A stretch of DNA of 63,606 nt, filler included, from Folioceros fuciformis (GCA_049999805.1; 11 parts of 11 records of this genome joined end to end with filler, not necessarily neighbours in it), one strand, 5' to 3'. Shown: positions 49,595-61,269, counted from the first letter of the whole stretch. The notes: generated from the letters alone by a model not told the origin. Numbers and translations are program-made.

Positions 49595-51772
49595 AGAAAG
49601 GAAGCGAACGGGTGGCTGGTGCGCGACATGGCAAGTCCCCAGCTGTTGGGATTGGCCAGGTGGTTCCTGAGCTTCTTCCAGGTATGCAAATAGGATTATC
49701 TGTCCGATCAGATCCTCCTGTTTGTGCATGAAGTAGTGAAGGGCACCAGGATCGACTGGGGAAGGATTTTATACACCCGGATGGATGAGGAGAGGCAGAA
49801 CCTGATCCAACCCACTCCTGAACCTTCTATGATTTCCCCGTTTCTAATCCACGTGTACAGTCACGCTAACCTGGTCACTGAGCTAGAAAGGCTGGCCTCG
49901 CTGCACCTGTGGAAGCCAGTTCGTGATGTGAAGTGGAAGCCCGCTGAGCCAGCAAGGGCTGCCTCCAGCAGTTGGGAAGCTGATAGTGGGAATAGCTCGT
50001 AGGAGGAAACCCTAGTCAAGCCCAGGAAGAGGGTGGCCCCACAAAAGAAGGCTCCCGCCAGGAGGAAAAGGATCAGAGGACAAAGTGTGAGCATGGGGGC
50101 TGATCAGGAGGAAGGGGGGACAACCCTAGAGCAGACAGGTCAGTAGGAGGCAGAACGAGAACCAACAATCCAGAAAATCAAGAACCGAAGGTTGGAGGAG
50201 CAAGGTCAGGGTGGGACAAGACCCGAGGAGCCACCGGATCAGGTGATGGCAGCCGACACAGTTTCCTCAAGACAGGAGAATAAGTTAGGGCACGCTTCAG
50301 CACAGGAGGGTTCCTCAAGGTGGAAGGACATTTTCAGGTGCAGGCCTCAGAAAGACAGGTTGCAAGTGGGGGACCTGGACAAGTTGTGAGAATTCCTGGG
50401 CAGACAAATCACGGCGAGAGGAATAGGCACCGGAAGGGTGCAGGAGGTGGACCTACCCGGGCTGACTACTGCGATGGTATAGGCCCACGCAGACCTCCTG
50501 GATTAGGCTGCTAGGGCCCTAACCTGGTTAAGTGTACAAGCGGAGCGAGAGGCCGAGGCTTGGGGAAAGGAGGAGAAGGCTAGTGAGCGAGAGGCTGAAG
50601 CAAGGAAGCAACTGGCAAAGTCGGAGATGGCGCGGCAACTGCTGGAGAAGAAGCAGCGGGTCCTGGACAGGGAGAAGGCTCAAGCTGAGGAAGAGGCGTG
50701 CGAGGCGAGGGCTGAAGTGCAGGCGCTGAAAGAGCAACAGGGGACCCTGCTAGCTCAGGTGAGGGAGGCTCACGAGACTAACCTGGAGATGCAATAGGAA
50801 ATGGCTAGGGCATAGGAGATGGAGATAGGCGCTATGGAGCAGGCTCAGAAGTTGGCTGACAGATACAAGAGGGAGCGGGATGAGGCCAGAGAAAGAGTGA
50901 AGGGGAAGAGCAAGGTTGGGCTACCGAGTTAGTTGGTGCCCCCGGTAGCAGAAGGGGCTACCGGTAGCCGAACCAGGGGAACGGTAGCTGAGGGGACTAC
51001 CAGTAGTCCGGTAGTTCATAGGACTACCGATAGTCAGGTAGCCGACAGGGCTACCGGTGGCCCAGCAAGGCCCAGGATAGCGGAAGAACCAACCCTGGAA
51101 ATGAAGGAGGAAGTAGTAGGGGCGCCTGCCCCTAGGCTCTCCAGGCGGGTGACCCGTACCAGGAGGATAAAGCCGGAGGAGGCAACAGCTGGGCAGGCAG
51201 AGAACCTTCAGGTACCCCAGCAAGAGGGGGAGCAGGCAACCCGAGGTAGCCCAAGGGAGGATGGGGTAAGCACCTTTGTTATGACAGAAGGTCGGATTGT
51301 GTTGCAGTATGAGGAGGAGGCCTCCTATGTGCCAGGCCTATATGTAGAAGGGGCCAAAGTTCTGAAGCTGTTTCTGTATGTACGTATGGGCACAGGAGGG
51401 ACGTGGGGCTACGTCCTACAGCTGAGGACGCGCCTGGGACTCTACCACTACAGATGGTGGGTGACAGGATTGCCCCACTACTATGCGGAGGCAGTTCTGG
51501 AGGAACTGACGGAAGAGGAGGCCCAGCGCTGGGTAGAACGGGGGCCTGTGGCTGTCCTCAGCAACCAGAGAAGGAGGAGGGGTGGTGGACCACAGCAGCG
51601 GGACCCACCTACGTTGCCAACCAGGTCCAGCAGTAGCAGAGGTGATGTGGAGATCCTCTGGGAGGATCTGCCGGACCAATGGAGGGGCAGAAGAGCGAGA
51701 GGAGGAACAGCAAGGGGTGACACACAAAGGCCAGGAGGAAGCCGCCAGCGGCGTGGAAAACGGCGACAATAA
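49595..51772 (+). pseudogene. Accessory ORF body: IDWGRIL domain, basic stretch, coiled coil, conserved C-terminal domain
   Basis: VHEVVKGTRIDWGRILY...SPFLIHVY; E/A/K/R/Q-rich 50500-50920; WWVTGLPHYYAEAVLEELTEEEAQRWVERGPVAVLSN; interrupted by TAG stops and frameshifts. Confidence 0.75.
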
Positions 51773-52055
51773 ATGCAGGCTAGAATAGGATTTTTTTAGC
51801 GTGCTTTATTTGGACCTAAGTCGCTCAGGATTTAAGAGCGCAGCTCCCCTACCTGGCAGACTTTATGGCGGAAAAATTGCCATCACCGTGTACAAGAGGC
51901 CGGTTTGGAGGCCTAAGGAATTAGCAAGCACCAGCCGAACAGTCGACCTTGCAGGGACCTAGCGATGGCCGTTGCTGGACAGGAGGTCCAGGCAAGCGAG
52001 CGCACGTAGTAACCAGGGGTGCGGGTGTAGGTGGTGGGCGCTCCGTGATCAGGTC

Positions 52056-52198
52056 CGGGGATGAATCGGGAGGAGGAGCCTCGCCGAGTGGGAGAGAAGC
52101 TCCCCAGCTATCCTCGAGGTGGTCACATGGGGTGGTGTGGGTGTCGGAGCCGAATCCGTGAGTGCGGAGTGGAAGGGACTCCTCTTCCCTTAGCTCCG
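52056..52198 (+). ncRNA. Two putative three-way-junction RNA motifs
   Basis: 52145-52198: CGGAGC CGAA TCCGT gagt GCGGA GTG GAAGGG actc CTCTTC CCTTA GCTCCG; variant at 52056-52116. Confidence 0.7.
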
Positions 52199-53559
52199 GT
52201 ACCTCACCATTTCTCAACGTTAATTGGAGCCTAGGAGGGGCCATCGCTGAGAAAGAAGACTGAAGAACCAGAGAAAGGAGAGCGCGAGCGTGCGCGTGTG
52301 TGAGAAGGAGGAGGAGCGAGTGGCCGAGTAGGGGAGGTAAGAGAGAACAAAGTCGGGGCGATCCCGGAGGCGAGGTGTGTAATGTGTGTGGGGTGCACAA
52401 GACGTGGTGTGTATGAGTGACTGGTCGCGATGAGACTGGAGAGACTGTGAAGAAACTGAATGGAGACTGCCGGGGCGTATCTAAGGTGGAAGATCACGCG
52501 GGTGGAAGGCGTCTAACAGATTGTTGCTGTTCATGTGTGCGTGCGCTTGTTTCTGAGGTGAGTGAGACGGTTTGTGGTGAACCAAGGAAGGGAAGCGCCA
52601 AAGAGGATGCGCGGGCGGGAGGTAATCAGTCGGGTAGGGATGACCCGGTGGAAGAGAAAATCCTAGAGAGCGGGAACTAAGAGAGAGAGAGAGAGAATGG
52701 GACCCACGAGAGGTAGCCCGGTGGGCAACTAAGGGTAGTCTAGGGGAAGGTAGCCCTTGGGGCGACCAGGTGGTTGAGGGGTCATCCGATGGGGAAGTAA
52801 GGGGGCTTGGTAAGGTCCGAGCACTGGACGTGTGTGCGTGGGTCAGTCGAGCTTTAAGTGCTAATTGACTTTAGAAGCTAACCTATGTAGTTTAACACAG
52901 TTCATTCCCTTGGGATCGAATCCCAGAGCTACAATGACATAGAGGGCTTGTGTGGACCTCGCGGTACCCCTGGGTACCATATTTTAACCCCACACCTATG
53001 AGTGAAGGAGAGAAGGAAAAAGAAACAATAAAAAAGGGGTAGGATCAGAGCCCCACTCCCCTTTCTCACAACCCCATCAATCACCTCTCATGAGCAGCAA
53101 TCCAAAGAGAGCCTAGCTGGCTCCACACTAAAATCACCAGATCTATGGGATGCAAAAACCCCCATTGAAGCTAGTTCCAGGTGATTAGCAAGTTAGAGAG
53201 AAAAGAAAATCCTTGGGAGATGGCTCTTCACTCCGTTCACTCACAGCCCTCCTTCTCACTGCTTCATCCAACCTCTCATACAACCTATGCCTCCTCCAAC
53301 TCACAGATGCCAGGATCCTACCTCTACATTGCTTCCTGATCATGGAAGGGAAAAAAGACAAAAAGAAGGGCAGCCGCCGAGTTCCTTCTCCCCCTTGGTA
53401 GCCTCACTGCCTTTCCACTAGCTGAGCTCACTGCACTCTTTGTTGTGGCAGCCTCACTAGCTCTCCACTATGGCAGCACTGCCACCTCCTCTCACAATCT
53501 TTTGCTTCCCGCCCATTTGCTCACAAATGGTTGCTTTCCCTAAGTTTGCAAACACCTGC

Positions 53560-53684
53560 GGACTTAGAGTGGTTGCATGTTGCATGGGAACTTAGAGTAC
53601 TTGCATGCTGGTACCTTGGAGTGCCTACATGCCACTTGGGGACTTAGACTGTCGGCATGCCATCTGGTGACTTGGAGTACTTGC
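53560..53684. repeat. Degenerate ~25-30-bp tandem repeat
   Basis: ACTT(A/G)GAGT..TTGCATG units x~5. Confidence 0.65.
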
Positions 53685-56600
53685 TGTAGGGTTATTAAAG
53701 CCCAATGTGCTTAGACTAATGTGTTTAGTCTAAGATTAGTGTCTAGTTAAGTATCATTTGTTTAGATTAGCTTAAGCTAATCTATAGGAAGCTTCTTACG
53801 TAGCTTCCTATGCGCTTCTTGTGAAGCTTCCTTGGGAGCTCTTCTAGAGGGTATAAATACTCCCTTGAGCTCTCTTGCAATGAGAAACTTTGTGTGAGAG
53901 TGTGAGACCTCTCTTTCTCCTCTCCTCCTTGCTTCCTCCTCTCCTCCTTCACCATGTCACTCCTCTAGCGATCCTTCAACTGGTATCAAAGCTCGGGTTG
54001 TGGAGCAAGAGGGTGATGGCTCTAGATGCTACGGAGACGGTGCACAAGGCCATGAGGAAGGCATCGAAGTGAGCGAGGGTTGTGTGCGGCAACCCGCCTG
54101 CCGAGGTGCAAGGGGCTCCAGCCCCGCTGAGCTGAGGCGGCGGCAGCAGCAGCGTAGAGTAGGAGCGGGGCAGCGGGAGGGCGCCACCACGCTATCTTAC
54201 AGCGCGGGGTACCTGCCTCGAGCGGGGTGTCGGGGGCAGGGGGCACCACTCCGAGGCGCTGCTAGGCCTCCCCGGCGCCAGGCCGTTCGGGCGTCGTGGG
54301 AGCGCCAGGCCCCCCCGGCTGCTGGGCCGCGAGGTGCTGGATCAATCCAAAGCAGAAGGCGGCTAGATTTCGATTGGAGGTCAGGACACGCCAGTTGTGA
54401 GCAACCGAGGTCTACAAATTGTGGATAGCCGATTCGGAACAAGGCGTGAGGATAACTATCAAAATATACATTACACTCCGACAGTTTCTGACTAGCCTTT
54501 TACTTGATTTGCATCAATTTTGAATCATGACGTCTTCAGAAAATGTCATGTTTAATATCGAGAAGTTAGATGATAATAACGTCTCGTTCTGGAAAGAACA
54601 AGTGCAGAAGTTGTAGATCAGGCGCATAAAGTTGCGTAGGTGTGAAACCTGTTAGCATGACTCAGGATGAGTGGCAGGATCTAGATGAGCTTGCTAGATC
54701 TACCATCACGCTAACATTGTCAAAGTCGGTCTACTTCAATGTAAAAGACAAGACCACAAGTTACGAGCTATGGCAAAAGTTGTGTGACCTGTATGAGAAG
54801 CAAAGTGCGGCTTCTCAGGTGTACTGGTTGCAAAAGCTGGTGGGCTCGAAGATGACGAAAGGGACGAAGATGTCCAATCATCTGAATGAGCTTAATACCA
54901 TTTTCAGCCAGCTCTCATCTCAAGGTACCTCATTCCCAGATTCTGTGAGAGCTATGTTTCTGTTGGTCACATTACCAGAGAGTTGGGACACCTTTCATAC
55001 CTCTGAGTAATTCCGCTCCCGCCAGTGGTCTCACCATTGTAAATGTAGAAGGTAGCCTATTAACAGAAGAGGTGAACAAGAAGAATATGGAACCTTCAAA
55101 ACGTTCCAATGCCCTCATGGTCAAAGGAAGGTCCATTTCAAAGGGGAAGTACGAGGAGCGAAGTCTTTCCCGTAGCCAATCTTGTAGTTGTAACAATGTT
55201 GAGTGTTACCATTGTCAGAAAAAGGGTCACATCAAAAGGGACTACGAGAAGTTCAAGAAGGACAAAGGAAAGGAGAAGAAGCAGAGTGACAACAAGGCAA
55301 GTCCAAGTATCAAGCCTGACGAGGTGAATTTTGTTGATGATGGAGATATTCTTATCTCTTCTTCCTTGGATTTTGCGCAATTGACAGCCGTGGATACTCA
55401 CTTATTCTCTAATTGGATAATTAACTCTGGAGCATCTTTCCATGTTACTCCGCATAGGGAGTGGTTTAGCACCTATGATGCTACTAGGAAAGGATATGTT
55501 CGGCTTGGAAATAACTACGCATGCGAGATTGCAAGCGTTGGTGATGTGCAGCTGAAGTTTGACACAGATCTTCATTCATAATGAAGGATGTTAGGCATGT
55601 TCCGAAGTTAACAAAAAGCATGATTAGTGCAGGGCAGTTGGATGACGCCGGCTACCACTGTTGGTTTGGGAATCATTCTTGGAAGATCTCCAAAGGTTCT
55701 CTTGTGTTAGCTCGTGGATCGAAGTGTGGCACTTTGTACTCACTTCAGGTGACCACTGTCAGGGATCATGCAATTTGTGTAACAGAACAGCCAAATGTTT
55801 CCTTGTGGCATTGTCGGTTAGAACATATGTCTCAAAACGGAATGAAGATCTTATCTCGTTTTGGTTACATCCCTACTTTTGACTTCTCCGATTTCTCCGT
55901 GTGTGAGCACTGTTTGTATGGGAAACAGATGAAATCACCACATGAAGCAAGAGGTAAACACAAAAGTAAACCTCTTGAATTGGTTCACAGTGACATTTGT
56001 GGACTTATGCCCACTGTATCATTAGACGGTACATCCTATTTTGTCACTTTCATAGATGATTTCTCATGCAAGGTGTGGGTTTATCCTTTGAGGAAAAAGG
56101 ACGATGTTCTAACAATGTTTTAAGAATTCGTCACTCTTGTGGAGAATTAGTCTAGCCTCCGACTAAAGTGTATAAGGATAGACAATTGTGGAGAGTACGT
56201 TTCGAAGGCTTTCCAGTCATTCTTTGATTCCAAGGGAATCAAGAGAGAATTGACTGCCCCGTATACTCCTCCCCAGAATGGTGTGGGTTGAATAGATGAA
56301 CAGGACCATTCAGGAGAGGATGCATAGTTTGTTGTCAAACTCTGGATTGCCTAACGGATTTTGGGCAGAAGGAGTGTCTACTGCGGTGCATCTTATTAAC
56401 AGATCTTCTAATAAGGCTGTGGATGAGCAGGTTCCAGAGGAGATGTGGTCTGGAAAGAAGTCATCTTACAAGCATCTACGAGTGTTTGGCTGCGAGGCAT
56501 ACTACCATGTTCCAAAGGAGTTTCGGAACAAGTTGGCACCCAAGTCCAGAAAAATGTATTTTTCTTGGCTATGGTGAATCTGGTGAGATGGGATACCATC

Positions 56601-57811
56601 TATGGGATCTAGAGGCCAAGAGGGTTGTTCGCAGCAATGACGTGTTCTTCAATGAGACCAATATGCACAAGAAGCCTACTCCAACTGTGGAGGTGCGAAG
56701 GGTGGTCTTCCAAGAAGATAGACTTGACTATCCCGTGCAGGTTGAACGTCGTGATGTGCAGGAACAAGTTCCTCCACTTGTAGAAGAGGAGAGAGTGCAA
56801 CCAGCTTCGGTCGAGGCGCCTGTGCTTCGTAGGTCATGAAGGATTTCAAGAGGCCATGTCAGTGACTGACAAGGACAAGTGGGAGTAGGCGATGTAGTCG
56901 TAGATGGATTCGCTCCATAAGAACCTAACTTGGGAGTTGGTTCGGTTACCTAGGGGTAAGAAACCATTGCCATGCAAATGGGTGTATAAGATGAAGGTCA
57001 TACCCCATTATAGCAAACCCAAGTACAAGGCACGATTGGTTGCTAAGGGTTTTAAGCAACAACAAGGTATTGACTTTGATGAGATTTTCTCACCAGTTGT
57101 CAAAATGACCACTTTGCGATGTGTTCTTGCTCTGGTTGCGAGGAATGACATGGAACTTGTCTAGATGGATGTGAAGTCAGCATTTCTGCATGGTGATCTC
57201 CGAGAAGAGGTATACATGCAGCAACCAGTGGGTTTCATTGAGAAGGGCATAGAGAATCTAGTGTGCAGGTTAAAGAAGAGCCTTTCTGGTTTGAGACAAG
57301 CACCCAGAGAGTGGTATTCCAAGTTCCACTCATTTATGCTTTCTCAAGGCTACAAACGTAGCGATGAGGATCATTGCTTCTATACGAAGCAAGCTAAGGA
57401 TGGAAGCTTAATCATATTGGTCCTCTACGTGGATGGTATGCTAATTGTTGTGAATAGCAGTGATGAGATTTCAGCGTTGAAGTCAAAGTTGAATGCTCGC
57501 TCGGACATGACAGACTTGGGAGAGGCCAGCCATATTCTTGGCATGCGTATTCGTCGAGACAAACATAAGCATTTGCTTTACTTGTCTCAAACTAAATACA
57601 TTAACAGGGTGCTTCAACGTTTCAACATGGAGAAGGGGAAGGTATTAAAGGTACTCAGTTGTCTCCATTTGTGAAACTTTCAAGCAAGGATTGTCCAAGC
57701 TCTTTGGAGGACAAAGCTGAAATGGAGAAGGTTTCATACTTATCAGCTGTAGGGAGTTTGATGTATGCAATGATTGCTACACATCCTAACATTGCTTTTG
57801 TAGTGGGAGTG
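53685..57811 (+). mobile_element. Ty1/copia (Tnt1/Tork-like): 5' LTR, PBS, gag-PR-INT-RT, decayed and interrupted
   Basis: LTR TGTAGG...CCTTCA 53685-53978 with TATAAATA 53852; gag from ~54528; CYHCQKKGH; WIINSGASFH; LVHSDICG; KYKARLVAKGF; LYVDGMLI; ends at VVGV where another sequence begins. Confidence 0.93.
53981..53992 (+). promoter_or_regulatory. Primer binding site, tRNA-iMet type
   Basis: TGGTATCAAAGC, one mismatch to canonical TGGTATCAGAGC, 2 bp after the LTR. Confidence 0.9.
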
Positions 57812-58055
57812 TGTGAACGAAAAAACCTTTCGGAATCCCCATTTTGAGCGACGGAATGAGCAGGTTGTGATTCTTTTTGTGAAGGGACAGGCGAATCGGC
57901 TTAGTAAGCGAGTAAGACCAGGGTGTTCATACCCAAAGTCCACCTTGGGCTTCGGGGTTTGGGGGTGTACTGGAGATCGGGACAAGGAGGAAGGAGGAAG
58001 CAGCGAGTGCCTCCCTGACCCTCGAGTCCTTGAGAACATTCAGGTAGGCCAAAGT
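57812..58055. mobile_element. Start of an unclassified insertion (TG terminus) in copia RT
   Basis: RT similarity stops at TGTGAACG; runs into a gap. Confidence 0.5.
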
Positions 58056-58155
58056 NNNNNNNNNNNNNNNNNNNNNNNNNNNNNNNNNNNNNNNNNNNNT
58101 TAATTAATTAANNNNNNNNNNNNNNNNNNNNNNNNNNNNNNNNNNNNNNNNNNNN

Positions 58156-59207
58156 TGTACTCTTAGGAGATGACTCCGGTCTTGCCATTCATGGCATAGG
58201 GATGGTGACTTTCAAATTAGACGATGGTTCTATCCTTATTCTGACGGATGTTCTCTATGTTCCACACATGGCCAAGAACCTTATCTCCATTCGGCATCTT
58301 ATGCAAGATGGTCTTTTTAAATTGGAGTTTGTCAAAGCCAGTTGTCTACTCTATCGTTCCTCTCAGCCACACAAGGTGGTTGCCAGAGGTTGTCTCCAAA
58401 GCGATCTATATATATTTTCTGGCACCCTTGTGTCTTCCTCCAGTGTTTCTGTAGTGGATTCGACTAAGGCTGCAAGTACTACAAGGCACTCGTCCTCCGG
58501 GCAAGCCTTCTTATGGCACTGTAGGCTTGGGCATCTTAACTCTGCCAAGCTTCTTGCCATGTCCACGCAGGATCTCTACCGTGACAAGCTTCCAGCCTTG
58601 GCGAAGACTTCCCCATTTTGTGAAGCCTGCGTGTTGGCTAAGCAGCGTAGTGCTCCATACTCTAGTCTTCCTGCCCACAGAGCTTCTCAGCCCTTGGAAC
58701 TAGTTCATGTGGATCTGTGTGGACCTCTTCCTGTACTCTCTTTAGGCGGAGCCCGCCATTTTATGACAATTGTTGATGATTACTCTCGTTATACCTTTGT
58801 GTATCCGCTCCGTCTCAAGAGTGACTCCTTTGCTGTGTTCCAGCCCTTTGTCTCGATGGCCGAGTTGCACACAGGGTGCAAGCTGCGGTGCATTCGTTCC
58901 GACAATGCAGGGGAACTCAACAGTGGTCTCTTCCAAGCATTCTGTGAAGATAGAGGGATTACTCGCCAGTTTACAGTCCCTTACACTTCTGCTCAGAATG
59001 GTGTTGCGAAGAAGGCCAACGGTGACCTTATGGCCATGGCTAGGGCTATGCTTGCCCAGTCCGGTCTGCCGAAGTCCTTTTGGGCTGAGGCTATCTCCAC
59101 AGCCTCTTATATAAAGAACCGGCTGCTTACGAAGGCTGTTGCTGGTCGTACTCCCTTTGAATGCTGGTTTCGCTATAAGCCTCTTATCTCTCACCTTCGG
59201 GTTTTCG
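58156..59207 (+). mobile_element. Ty1/copia protease end, GAG-pre and integrase fragment
   Basis: Open 353-aa frame: LWHCRLGH, CEAC, LVHVDLCGP, VDDYSRY, IRSDNAGE, QNGVAKK (catalytic E appears changed to K), HLRVF. Confidence 0.93.
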
Positions 59208-59327
59208 NNNNNNNNNNNNNNNNNNNNNNNNNNNNNNNNNNNNNNNNNNNNTTAATTAATTAANNNNNNNNNNNNNNNNNNNNNNNNNNNNNNNNNNNNN
59301 NNNNNNNCTGACTCACTGCTATTCTGA

Positions 59328-60720
59328 GGCAGTCTTAGAGAAACTGACGGAGGAGGAGGCACAGAGGTGGGTTGAATGGGAGCCTGTCCTCATCCTCAGT
59401 AATCAGCAACAAAGGGAGGAGAGGAATTTCCTGCAACGGGACCCACCTGCGCCGACACCAACGAGGGCCAGTAGCAACAACAGTGAGGTCGAGGTCCTGT
59501 GGGAGAACCTGCCTGACCAGCGGCGGGGCAGGAGGGCCAGTAGGGGGAGGAGCACGACGGCCAAGAGGAAGGTGCCAGCGGCAAAGAGGGAGGCGATAGT
59601 AATTAAAATCTAGACTGGTTTTTTTTTTAGATTGTTTTTGCTTGGACCTAAGCCGCTCAGAATTTAAGAGCACTGACTGACCCCTGACAAACTGTATGGC
59701 GGAATCGCCGCCCCTACCGTGTACAAGAGGCCAGTTTGAGGCCTTGGAAAAATCAGCAAGAAACCAGCCAGACATTCCGACCCTTGTGGAAGCCTAGCTA
59801 TGGCCGTTGCTAGACAGGAGGTTCAGGCAAGCGAGCGCACGTAGTGTTCTGAAGGTGTGGGTGCAGGTGGTGGATCCTCCGTAATCAAAAACTGGGAGCG
59901 AGTCAGGAGGAGAGACCTCACCGAGTGGGAGACGAACTCCCTGGCTATTCCTGTGACAGTTGCGTGGAGTGGTAAAGGTGCTGGAGGCCGAATCCGTGAG
60001 TCCGGAGTGGAAGTGGATACCCCTTCCCTTATCCTTCGGTGACCCACCATTCCTTCAAACTTCGGAGGAAAGAAAAGGCCCAGAAGGGGAGCGTTGGTGA
60101 GGGAAGTCGAGACTCATGAGTGGATTAAGAATTGAGAGTTTGTCGAGGATTATGTGTTGGTGAAGCCAACGGGTGGCCTGGGTGGCCGCCACTCTGAGAG
60201 CTGCGAGTGGATGCAGAATGCAGGTGTGGTGATGACAGGAGGAAGAAGTTTTGCAGCTGAACGATTGGGGTGACCGTATGTGAGTTGGCAGTGAGTTGAG
60301 AGTGGAGTTGGGGAACCGTAACATCGGAGCGGTGAGGGTGAGCGCCGCGTGTGTGTAGTCATGACTGACGAGCGAATAAATAGAGCGAGAGTGTGACGAG
60401 AACTAGATGTGTCTATGTGTTGTGACGGGATGCGGTGAGGTGAAGAGAAGTTTATGGGTGTGTATGTGACGGAAGCGCCGGGACGCGTGAGCGGACGTGA
60501 GGGGTGTGGCCTAGGGTTGTGAGCAGAATGTGGTAGTGGAGGTGGGCGTGCTGACCGATTGAGAGTCGGGTAGGTATGTGTAAGTTCGTGTGTGTGTGTG
60601 TGTGTGGGAACTGAGCACCTTCGATCCCTGAGAGGTGTAGTGAGTAGACGTGAGTGGATGGAGGGGTGTGTGCCGTAAGGAAGGGGTGATATCACCATAA
60701 ACCGGTGCCAGAAGCCGATT
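59328..60720 (+). mobile_element. Accessory-ORF family, copy 5 (ORF tail, hairpin module, two motifs)
   Basis: YSEAVLEKLTEEEAQRWVE; 59606-59765 collinear with 51775-51930; motifs 59894-59952 and 59982-60038; right boundary approximate. Confidence 0.8.
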
Positions 60721-61269
60721 AAAAGTTGGTTCCATTTGTGGCATAAAGCGTGTCCATTGACCTCATTACAAACAAGTGCACCACCTTTTTCCACTAGTCA
60801 CCAGGCCACCCTGGTTCGCAGTGGCATACATGATTGTAGCTACCGGACATATGACGGGGCTCCATACAACAACGATGTAACTCTAGAAATTCCTTACCCT
60901 GAAACAACGTCCAAATAATGCACAGGGACAACCATCATATACATAGCGTAATAAAAACACCAGCATTGTAGTAGTGATGTACTAGGACTCACAATTAGCT
61001 AGCCCGTGCAATCTTCATGTACTGCTTTTGTAGTAGACTTCCGCCGTCATTTCATTAAGACATGTGTATCACTAGCCACAATTCTCTTTAGGGTGGTAGC
61101 CTAGCACTATTTGAGACTTGTGCCCATACTCAAAAACATATCTAAAATATCCCAACAAGATCTACTTTATAATAGTAATGAACTAAAATAATAAGAGTGA
61201 TCAACTCACCTTCACTTAATTACGACATAACCAATAATTGTCACACATTAACTTGACGAAGAGCTCAAT

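Larger units (their letters stand above)
49595..52994 (+). mobile_element. Accessory-ORF family, copy 4 (most complete), ending at an Athila-type LTR terminus
   Basis: ORF 49595-51772, hairpin module 51775-51930, motifs 52056-52198, terminal block CTTGGGATCGAATCCCAGAGCTACAATGAC...ACCCCACA ending 52994. Confidence 0.85.

Noticed and set aside
52660-52700. GA run followed by TG as the missing PPT/LTR start
   Set aside because: A (GA)n microsatellite not conserved in the 8.5-11 kb or 47-49 kb copies; not fully excluded.
52911-52925. tRNA gene
   Set aside because: Only a T-arm-like hairpin; no acceptor, D or anticodon arms.
54000-54442. GC-rich ORFs after the copia PBS
   Set aside because: 5' leader sequence; low-complexity translations with no recognisable motif.
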